A DNA stretch of 64,000 nt from Octopus sinensis (lineage: Eukaryota). The DNA lies in assembly GCF_006345805.1 (NCBI RefSeq), contig NC_043004.1, forward strand, positions 54,126,001 through 54,190,000. Direction: 5' to 3'. Position numbers and translations under genes: made by a program. Every line of letters starts with the position of its first letter. Position 1 is the first letter of the stretch. Of this stretch, positions 53,430 to 64,000 are shown one piece after another. The notes under the pieces were generated by a model that saw only the letters and a program-made list of their open reading frames with translations, ran no database searches and was not told the DNA's origin.

Positions 53430-53864
53430 CTGTTGATGTTTTTGTTATTGATGACGACGACTGCGGAAACAACGACGTCGACGGCGACGAGAATAACGAG
53501 GACAAGGACGATATTAATGTGAATGATGTTGAGGAGGATGGGAAAGGATCGAACTGTAGAGAAGGCAGGGAGAAAGACGATGATAACGATGGCAACGATG
53601 ACGGTGACGAGACGGTGACGAGACGGTGATGAGAGGGCGGTGATGATGATGATGATGATGAGGAGGAGGAGGAGGAGGAGATGGATGGTGACAACGATGG
53701 CAACGACGACGGTGACGAGACGACAGCGATGAGGATGATGGCGACGACGACGATGATGAAGAGGAGGTAGAGGAGGAGGTGGTGGTGGTGATGGTGGTGT
53801 TTGTGGTGGTGGTGGTGATGGTGATGAGGATGATGATGATGATGGTGGTGGTGGTGGTGATGAC

Positions 53865-53925
<61 letters not shown>

Positions 53926-54198
53926 GTGATGATGACGATGATGATGATGATGATGATGAAAAGAAGGGTGAAGAGCAGGAGGGGGAGGAGGCTGAGGCGA
54001 GCTTCGGTAGATATGAGCATTACCATGGTGATGAGGAAAGCACTGAAATGATGTAGACAATGGTGATGATGTGTATCATGATGTGTATGATGTTGACGAC
54101 TACAACGACGATAATGATACGGAAGAGGTGGATAAGACCACCACCACCACCACCACCACCATGACCATGAAGTTGATGGTAATAGTGACGACGACGAC

Positions 54199-54274
<76 letters not shown>

Positions 54275-54830
54275 GTGATGATGATAGTGGTGGTGGTGAT
54301 GATATGAGGATGAGGAGGGGGGTGGTGATGGTGGTTGTGGAGGTGGTGGTGGTGGTGGTGGTGGTAGTGGTGTTGATGTTGACGATGAGGATGATGATGA
54401 TGATGATGACGATGACGATGACGATGACGATGATGATGATGATGATGAAAATGATGATGCTGATGATGATGGTGACGATGGTGGTGATGATGATAGTGAT
54501 GATGATGATGATGATGATGATGACGATGATGGTGATGATGATGATGATGACGATGACGATGACGATGATGGTGATGATGATGACGACGATGATGATGATG
54601 ATGATGATGATGATGACGATGATGACGACGATGATGATGATGATGATGACGATGATGACGACGATGATGATGATGGATGATGATGATGATGATGATGACG
54701 ATGACGACGATGATGATGATGACGATGATGATGATGATGATGACGATGACGATGATGAATATGATGATGATGATGATGGTGATGATGGTGGTGATGATGG
54801 TGGTGATGATAGTGATGTTGTTGCCAATAC
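53430..54830. repeat. ~1.4-kb compound (GAT)/(GAC)/(GGT)/(GAG) trinucleotide array
   Basis: Direct reading. Confidence 0.95.
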
Positions 54831-55285
54831 TGCGTTCGATGTCATAGATGTTGTTAGTTGCTGTTGTTTATCGTCTCTGTTGCTCTTTTAGATATCGCTG
54901 ATGTCGCTGTTGCTGTCGCTGTTTGCGCCGCTGATCATGTTGCTCTTACAACTCTACATGCACGATACACATAACAATGCATACTCATAAACAATTACAT
55001 ATACAAAAATGCAAACCAAAATTAAATATTACGTGCAAAAAAAAACAGGAATCACAATTTTTGGGGGTTTTTTGTACCTTTCTTTTGCCTTTCACGTCAT
55101 TTACATCTAATATATAAATAATTCAATCAATAAATGCGATGAAAATAGAAATAGAAGAAAAATAATGAAACTAATAAAACACATAGACACACGCATATAT
55201 ACACATATATATACATATATTTATAAACATATATATATATGTATGTATGTATATAAATATATACATGTGTGTATATATACATTAT

Positions 55286-55395
<110 letters not shown>

Positions 55396-55415
55396 GTATA
55401 TATATATATATATAC

Positions 55416-55481
<66 letters not shown>

Positions 55482-56217
55482 ATATATATATAAAACAAAT
55501 ACACACGTATAAGGATATAATCGACAGGAAATAGGGAAAATGAGAAGAGAGAGGAAGAGGATAAAAAATGCCGGAAAGCGGAAAAACGGAAAATACGGGC
55601 AAAGTAAAAATAGCAAATGGGTGGAAAACAAATAAAAGGAACCAGGAAAATTTGAAACGTTGAGGGAAGCAGAGAAGAGTTAATGAAGCATATTAATGTA
55701 TTGGTGAATAACAGAACCACAGTTGCATAGAGGGAAAGGCTGACAGGGAGATTGCGTTGCCAGATTTTAGGTTGGGTTGGGTTGCTGTTTATTATAGATG
55801 AGGGTTTGTAGAGGTTGTTTCGGATATGATGTTTGTTAGCTTTCTTTTATTTTTGTTCATTTTGGCTTTCGTTCTTTAGTTAACCACCTCTCTTTATCTT
55901 GTCGCTTTTTTTCCATTCCGTTCTCCCCCTCTCTCTCTTTCTCTCTATTTCTCTCTCTCTCAGTTTCTAATTCACGTAAGCAGTTTCCATCTCGTCATGT
56001 GAGTGTTTGTGGTTGTATGGGTGTGCATATATATATATATATATATAAGTGAGCGTATGTGAATTTGTGTGGCTAAATATAATTAAAAATACATCCATGC
56101 ATACATGTATAGAACACACAAATATATGTATCAATCTTTTCACTGTTATTTACATCATTCATACATGCAAACACATACCTGGACTTATATTTATACGCAG
56201 AAATCTATATGTTTATG

Positions 56218-56651
<434 letters not shown>

Positions 56652-57019
56652 CTTTTTATTGTAGCCACACAGGGCTAAACACAGAAAAAAAATGGACGAA
56701 ATACAATGTAGAATTTTTCTTTTCGAGGTGGGATGGGTGGGGAAAAAAAAAAAAAAAAAAAAACGTTTGATCAATAGGGATCTGTGGGTTGTGTGGTGTA
56801 TAAAAAAGCAATATATATATATATATATATAAGGTTCACAGTTTAGGTGTAGCCTTGGAAAGAAAAACCTACAAAAAAGACCAAGGTCACCTCAGACAAT
56901 TCGAAAAAGAACACATGAGTAAGTCGCCTTACTTCTCGTTGTCTCTTTTGGTTACAGATTTATGCTTAAAATAGTGTCGTCTTCATACTGACCATTTTTG
57001 CACTTTTACCCACTTTTTA

Positions 57020-60000
57020 TTAAAACATTCGTTCGACAAAGCCTTCGTTCTCTATTCTCATCCTCCTTTTCAGGTGGTACTTGAAAAAGTTGACGAGAGA
57101 CTGACCAGAGAGGAAGGTGTTTGTTTGCAGTCCTTTCAAACGCGTCCACCACACACATTCTTTCGCCATAGCCATCAGCGTAACGAAAACCGTTTTCCCT
57201 TCCCGTTTAAAGGAAGGTGGTGGAACAATATTCACAATAGACTCGGCCGATAGGCGAGCCTGACCTACACGTGACAACAGCTGTTCGACGAAGGACCACA
57301 GCTCTGAAATATCTGGACACTGCACGAATGCGTGCAGAACGGTTTCGTCGCTCTGACCGCATCTCGGGCAGGTCGGTCCGGTGATGGTTTTCGAACCGTG
57401 TCTGTAGCTCTTCTCTCGAACAGGTAGTGCGTCTCGATAGCACTGCCAAGCCAGGGATTTCTGGAAGTTATCCATAGGCCCCGGCCCGAACGTCGTTCTG
57501 AACAGGCGGGTTAGGAATTCCTCGTCGACGCCCAGGTTTGCCCCGAGTGTGTCGTCAGACCTCCCCTCCACTAGTCCTCTATAGAACGCTTTAGTCGTTT
57601 GGAAGTTGCACAAGTTTGACCCCGGTCGGCAGAGCTGCTGTAGAGCTTGGCGACACTCTCGGTGCCAATCGCCCAGTTTCGGTCTCTTTTTGATCCACGT
57701 TTGCAGTTCGGTCAGTGAGACGAGCTGCGGGAAGTCGTGCCTCACAAACGGCGCCCACACCTGTTCACCGTCGTCGATGAATTTCCAGAGATGTCGCAGT
57801 CTCAGCGCATGCCTGCGCATCATCAACCACGACATGCCCAGTCCTCCATTCAACGGATGTTGACAGCAAATGGACTTCCTCACCATCGGAACGCCACCCT
57901 TCCACAGGAAGCGGAAGAGTATGCGTTCCAGTTTGGTGATGGTGGCGTCGGGACAAGGTAAGGTACGACGGTCAGGCGGTAATCGATGACGGATGCGATG
58001 TACGCGTTCGCCACCTCCGCCCGGCCTTTTAGAGACAGCTTTCTCTCGGCCCATGTTTGGCTGAGAGCGACCACTCTACTCGTGATCTCGTCCCAGTTCT
58101 TATCCATTTGGAGGTCCGGACTGAACCAGACCCCGAGCAATTTAACCGGTCCGTCCGTCTAGCGTCCCACTACTGAGCCGCAGTCGGACGGCATGGGCTT
58201 GCTTTTCCAGGTGCCGAGTAGCAAACCCACTGACTTTTCCGGGTTAATCTTTGCTCTCGTCACCGTTTCGTATTTTCTTAGTGTCTCGCCTATCATCTTG
58301 ATGTGTTTGTCGCTCGACACTATGACGGTGACATCGTCCGCATATGCCGACACGCTCGTCCCGCAACCCAGTTCCCGTGGGATGCCCCTCAGTGTCGCCA
58401 GCTTCCGCAGTAGCGGCTCGAGAGTCAATACATACAGAAGCGCCGACAGGGGACACCCCTGACGGACCGAACGCGTGATGTCAAACGGTTTCGACAGGTG
58501 ACCGTTCACCCGAATCACCGATCGGATGCCGCTATACAAGGCAGCGATCCAACCGCGGAAGACGGGACCGAAGCCAGCCGCCCTGAGGACGGCCGCCAAG
58601 TACCGATGGTCGACCCTATCGAAGGCTTTAGACTGATCCAAATTTATCAGCGCCCCACCCATGCCAGGATCCTTAACTACCCTGTCCACAATGTAGCGCA
58701 TCAGATGGAGGTTGTCATGTATGGTTCTGCCCGGCACGGCGCATGTTTGCGCCCTGTCGACCAGTTTACCAATGACAAGCGCCAACCTCTCGGCTATTAT
58801 TTTGGCCAAAATTTTCAAATCTGCGTTGAGCAGAGTGATGGGTCTGAAATTATCTATAAAATTCCCCTTGTTTGAGTCTTTCTTCAGCAACGTCACTGCA
58901 CCTCGGCTCACGAAACCGGGGATTCTCCTGTTTTGTTGCCAGTTGCAGTAGACTGATGCCAAGAGGTCGCCAAACAAGTCTGGCATTTGACAATACAGTT
59001 CGTAGGGTAAACCATCCAATCCAGGCGACTTATCCCTCGCGCAGCCCGCCATCGCATCCCACACGTCAGCGGCTGTGATGGGACTTTCACAACACTCCGC
59101 TTCTCTTGCCGAGAGCCGCGGCAGGTCGGTCAGGTAGGCACTGAAATCCATCCCTCGTTCCGACGCACCACTCGCACCAAACAGTCGAGCAAAGTGCTGT
59201 TGAAAGGCCTCACACATCCTTTGGTTCGAGTAAACTGCATCCCTGTTGATCTATTAGAGACCGAATGGTTGATCTGTTGCCACGCTGCGCCTCCGCTACC
59301 CGGGCCTCTCGCGCAGCTTCAATCCCTTCGTTCCTTAAGGCACGCATTTTAGCTCTGACGACGCAACCTTCGTGCTTGGCGTTGAGGTGTTGTCGAGGGC
59401 CATCCTCGCAGCCAGCACGTTGGTTGCGCTGCCAGTGGTAAGTGCCTCTTCTAGCTTCTTAACTAAGTCTCCCTCTACTCTATTTCGTTCTATCGCTAAT
59501 TCCTTGCTAAACCTAATTGATTCCGATTTTATTGCCATTTTCAGGGCGTACCACCAGCGGTTGTTAACGACCGCTCCCGTCAGCGCCCTCTTAATTAACT
59601 CGCTAATCCGGTTCCTGTAAACCTGTCGCGCTAACAGCGACGTGTTCAGTTTCCAGTAACCGGGACCCTGCCTATGTGTTTTATCTAAGTCGAGCGTACA
59701 CGTAAAATTTGTGATCTGTGTAGCTGACTATTTTAAATTGTGGACATCCTACACTATCCCTATCCGCTGTCCTGCATAGAATTCTATCTAGATAAGATCT
59801 CGACGATCCGACGCGGTTTGTCCAAGTCCACGTTGGCACGTTCGGATGGCCGAGTCGGAACCTGTCAGACAAATGGAAACGTCTGAGCAGGTCTTTGAGG
59901 CTCTTACACCCCCGTCTATTCCTATCCCTTCCCACATAATCTAGATGCGTGTCCAAGGTAGCGTTCCAATCCCCTACTAACAGTAAAGGTCTAGACGTAC

Positions 60001-60387
60001 CCAGGAAAACCTCTAGACGTCTGAAGAAATCCGCCCGACCCGTTAAGGACGGTGCATAAACTGCCATCATACGGAATGCACACCCATTTCTGCCATCCAC
60101 GTCCAAGACAACCAGCCTAGGAATATTGCTCTTACTTTTACCTTTAGACTCTTTCGAAAAAGCACCGCAGTACCTCCACCACCCATGTTCGGCAGACAGG
60201 GAGAAAAATAAATGTCAAATTGATTGCCAAACATGGACTCGAGGGCCCGCGGCTTACTGAGTCTGGTTTCACTGATAGCTACTATATCCACGTCCAGTGA
60301 CTTGATGTCGTTTAGAAGGTAACCTTGCTTCCAAGCCGACGCCAAGCCACGCGCATTCACACAACCTAATTTAAGCATACTTGACAT
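57020..60387 (-). pseudogene. Tx1 ORF2 (APE endonuclease plus reverse transcriptase), several frameshifts and a TAG stop near 58159
   Basis: CVNARGL..ETRL, VGDWNA, SYLDRI, TDHK, SPGLDGLPYELY, FRPITLLNADLKI, DQSKAFDRV, VRQGCPLS, YADD, CPRCGQSDETVLHAFVQC. Confidence 0.93.
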
Positions 60388-60449
60388 TTACGAAAATTGT
60401 GTTTTACACACTATATTAGAAGAGACAAGAGGCAAGAAGTGAGGTCACT

Positions 60450-62333
60450 TACTCATTTTAAAAGTTTCATTTTTTTCTTCTTCTCTTTTGTATTGTTTTT
60501 GATGAGGTTTGTATAGTTTTTTCGACAGGTATCGTTGATGAAACCCGCCTACCGCATTCGGAAATATTGTTTTCAGTATGTGGTGTTATGCTTGTGTTAT
60601 GTGTAAAATTCTGATGTGTTTCGGTGGTGTGGTGTGCGGATGATTGTTTGTCTTAAATCATCTTCACAGATGACCGTGTTAGATTTGATGTAGTCCATTA
60701 ATTCTTTATTGTCTGTGTATTGCAGTTAGTTGTGTGTGTGTGGTTTTACGGGTTCATTACTTTTTTGATTGTCTAGGGGGGATGTTGTCCTGATTTAGAT
60801 ATCTCCCTGCTTTACTTCCTTGTTTGGTGGATTTTTTGGATCTTTTTCTTTTACCCCCTGTGGCTATTTGCCATTCCGTCGAACTTTCGTCGTCCGAGAC
60901 AGTATCAGTAGGGGTAGAGGCAAAACATTTGCATTACTATGTATGCTTGTATAAATTGTTGATGTTTTGTGCGGTGTTTGTGTTGTTGTGGTGTTATGGG
61001 GTAGCATTTGTCTTCTCGTCAGTGTTTTCTGTCTTTTTAATTGTCGTCCTGGGTGTGGGTGTGGGTCTATTTTGTTTAATTCAAGAGTTTAATTGGTTGT
61101 GAAGTCAACGGTGATTGTGTTGGTACTGTTTCTTTTCTGGTGATGTTGTTGGGGTTTGTTTGCTGGTTTGTTGTTTTTCTTGGCATTGTTCCATAATTGA
61201 GTGTGTTGGTGTTGGTGTTGGCAACAAAGGGATTTTATTTGTTTTCTGATTTGTTCTTTCTTGTTTTTTCTGTACCAGATCGCACTTGGCAATCAAATGT
61301 TCGGGGCTGCCACATTTGTAGCATCTAGGCTTTTTGCCTTCTGCCACAACATATAGGCATTGCCCATTCTCCAAGTGGATCTTATCCAGTAGGCTTTCGA
61401 TAGCAGCCCCCTCAATCTGGATGGTCACCACTATTGTCTTCCCACCCCAAATGTCGCCAGGGTACACGGCAGTCTCCAAAATATTAATATTTTTTAAATG
61501 GTAACAGATTGCCCCTGTTATCCATTTGTTAGGAAGTTCGGGAGGTACATTTTTAATTGTGATTCGACTCACTCTCTGGTTTTTATAGTATGGGACCATG
61601 ATGATTTCATCATTTCCCAGAGACTCAGTAGAGTGAGCTTTTGCCACTTCCTGGTTAGGGAAGCGGGCCACTACTGTGTTAAACTGGGGACCCCAGTTTA
61701 TATACTCTTTTTCTTTCATTATGTTTTTTAAACATTTTTCCACATCAGTTTTTGTAATCTGTTCATTTAGTTTTTTGTTTTTTTAATAATTTTATATACA
61801 ATTGTCTTATTTTCTATTTCTTGCTTATATGTTGAGGTGTATGCAGCACTAAATCTTGTCCACGGTTTGTAAAGAGAGCTCTAGTTTCTATGAGCTCTTC
61901 ATTGTGAATGTTACTATTTCTTTCTTCTGGCGAAGAGTGTCCGCGAAATTTACTGTTGTTGATTTTTCTGTATTAACATCTTCACTATTAGATAGTTCAT
62001 TTTTATTGTTGTTCTTGTTGTTGCTGTTTTTTTGTCAATAGTTTTCGTGCGAGTTTTATTTTTGTCATTTATGTTGGTCGTGGTAGTGGTGGTGGTGGTG
62101 GTGGTGGAGGTGGTGGTGGTAGCAGTAGTAGACTCGTGGTTGCTGTTGTTAGTGGTGGTGGTGGCGGTGGTGACAGGGCTGTTACCGCACGTGGTTGCAG
62201 CGTTCATTTCACCGATATTCATATTTGCATTTAGCGCGCGGACGTTCTTTTTTTCTCCTATTGTTTCCAAACTAGGAAAATGCTGGTCAATAAAAGAACG
62301 CGACCAGCGTTCTACAATAAAATTTCTAGACAT
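60450..62333 (-). pseudogene. Tx1 ORF1 (RRM-like region plus CCHC zinc knuckle), frameshifted
   Basis: RITIKNVPPELP...KPRCYKCGSPEHLIAKC in 61105-61743; low-complexity fragments on either side; outer limits approximate. Confidence 0.75.
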
Positions 62334-62533
62334 TTTCTAATGGCTAGAAGAAAATTACAGAAATGAAATGGGGTTGAAACTGCCCCTAGGGGCGAATTCC
62401 TCCCTTGGAAAAGCACTCAAACGAAAGTTGGGTGCCTTACACAACTTATTTACAAAAATGTTCACAAAAATTGCGCTATAAATAGTCAAAATAAATGATT
62501 ACCTTCGGAGTCGAAGTGACAGCACGTCCGTAG

Positions 62534-62539
62534 ACAGAG

Positions 62540-62614
<75 letters not shown>

Positions 62615-62705
62615 CAGATAGATAGATAGATAGACAGATAGATAGATAGACAGATAGATAGATAGATAGACAGATAGATAGATAGACAGATAGATGATAG
62701 ATAGA
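62534..62705. repeat. (GATA)n/(GACA) spacer between the two Tx1 copies
   Basis: Direct reading. Confidence 0.97.
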
Positions 62706-62775
62706 TATGTTTCTTTATTAGCCACACAGGGCTGCACACAGATAAAACAAATTACAAGGTAGAGCTTCTTTGAAG

Positions 62776-62810
<35 letters not shown>

Positions 62811-64000
62811 AAGGGGGAGTTTCGATCAAAAGGGATCGTAAAAGGAGAGTAAGAGGACAAAAAAAAGGGGGGTTAAAAAAAAAGGGGGAGAGGAAAAAAA
62901 ATTGATCAATAGGGATCGTTATCACAGAAATGTCAATATGAAGTGTAAAGGGGAGGACAGGTGAGGTTTACCCGTGGAAAGAAAAGCCTACGGAAAAGAC
63001 CACGGTAACCTCGGTCAATGAAGTCACATTTTATATTTCTTTTTTTTTTTGCAAATAAGCAACTCTCTGTTTTCGATTTCTGGGTTCATAGGACTATGCT
63101 CAAGGTGGCTTCGTCATTCATACGTGCCATTCTTGCTACATTCACCCATCTTTTTTTAAAACATTCGCTAGACAAAACTTGCCTCTCTACTTTCACTTTC
63201 CTTTTCAAGTGGTACTTGAAGAAGTTGATGAGAGATTGACCAGAGAGGAAAGTGTTTGTCTCCAATCCTTTCAGACGCGTCCACCAGATACATTCTTTCG
63301 CCATAGCCACAAGGATGATGAAAATAGCTCTTCCTTCCCGTTTGAAGGAAGGAGGCGTGACAATATTGACGATAGACTCAGCTGATAAACCGACTCGTCC
63401 CACACGTGACAGCAGTTGTTCGACATAAGCCCACAGGTCGGAAATTGTTGGACACTGAACGAGTGCGTGCAGAACGGTTTCGTCGCTCTGACCGCATCTC
63501 GGGCAGGTCGGCCCCCGTGTTTCTCGAGCCGTGTCTGTAGAGCTTATCCCGAACGGGTAGCGCTTCTCGGTAGCACTGCCAGGCCAGGGATCTCTGGAAG
63601 TTGTCCATGGGCCCTGGCCCGAAAGTCGTCCCGAACAGGCGGGTCAGGTACTCCTCGTCGACGTCCAGGTTCGCCCCGAGCTCGTCGTCGTACCTCCCCT
63701 CCACTAAACCCCTATAGAATGCTTTGGTTGTGTTGAAGTCACTTAAGGTCGACCCAGGACGGCAGAGTTGCTTGAGAGCAACGCGACACTCGCGGTGCCA
63801 TTCGCCCTTCCTCGGCCTCTTTTTGATCCACGACTGCAGTTCGGTCATGGAGACGAGCTGCGGGAAAGCGTGCCTCACAAACGGCGACCACACCTGTTCA
63901 CCGTCGTCTACATAGAGCCAGAGATGTCGCAGTCTCAGCGCGTGTCTGCGCATCATCAACCACGGCATGCCCAGCCCTCCTTTTAACGGGTGTTGACAGC
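62706..64000 (-). mobile_element. Tx1/L1-clade copy 2, 3' part (continues beyond the window)
   Basis: Peptides homologous to the copy 1 ORF2 C-terminus (WLMMRRHALRLRHLW, KYHLKRK); related but distinct 3' UTR. Confidence 0.92.

Larger units (their letters stand above)
56651..62533 (-). mobile_element. Full-length Tx1/L1-clade non-LTR retrotransposon (copy 1), ~5.9 kb
   Basis: ORF1 with CYKCGSPEHLIAKC knuckle; ORF2 with APE, RT and C-terminal C..C motif; (GATA)n at both ends. Confidence 0.93.

Noticed and set aside
53380-54891. 443-aa, 226-aa and 195-aa ORFs (poly-Ser/Ile/His/Met/Asp)
   Set aside because: Products of a trinucleotide array that lacks stops in some frames; no splice signals or domain content

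Overview
AT-rich, microsatellite-dense eukaryotic DNA with no recognisable host protein-coding gene. The repeat families (tRNA-derived CORE-like and Nin-like SINEs, R4/Dong, Tx1, Penelope-like, maT/mariner, Helitron) resemble those of an octopus-like cephalopod; this is an inference. Long ORFs belong to decayed retrotransposons: two full-length R4/Dong RLE LINEs plus three fragments (35.6-52.6 kb) and two head-to-tail Tx1/L1-type LINEs (56.6-64 kb), all on the minus strand. Main observations: (1) about ten sequence-unrelated minimal hammerhead-ribozyme folds in the first 35 kb, mostly in short Penelope-like termini beside (AT)n tracts, often with fold-back inverted repeats; (2) a tRNA-headed SINE-like element carrying a hammerhead; (3) a 457-nt terminally redundant retrozyme-like unit with a near-intact hammerhead; (4) apparent microsatellite partitioning, with Tx1 at (GATA)n, R4 at (TAA)n and Penelope-like pieces at (AT)n; (5) a SINE subfamily whose 3' end matches the Tx1 3' end. 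All folds and alignments were done by eye and need computational confirmation.
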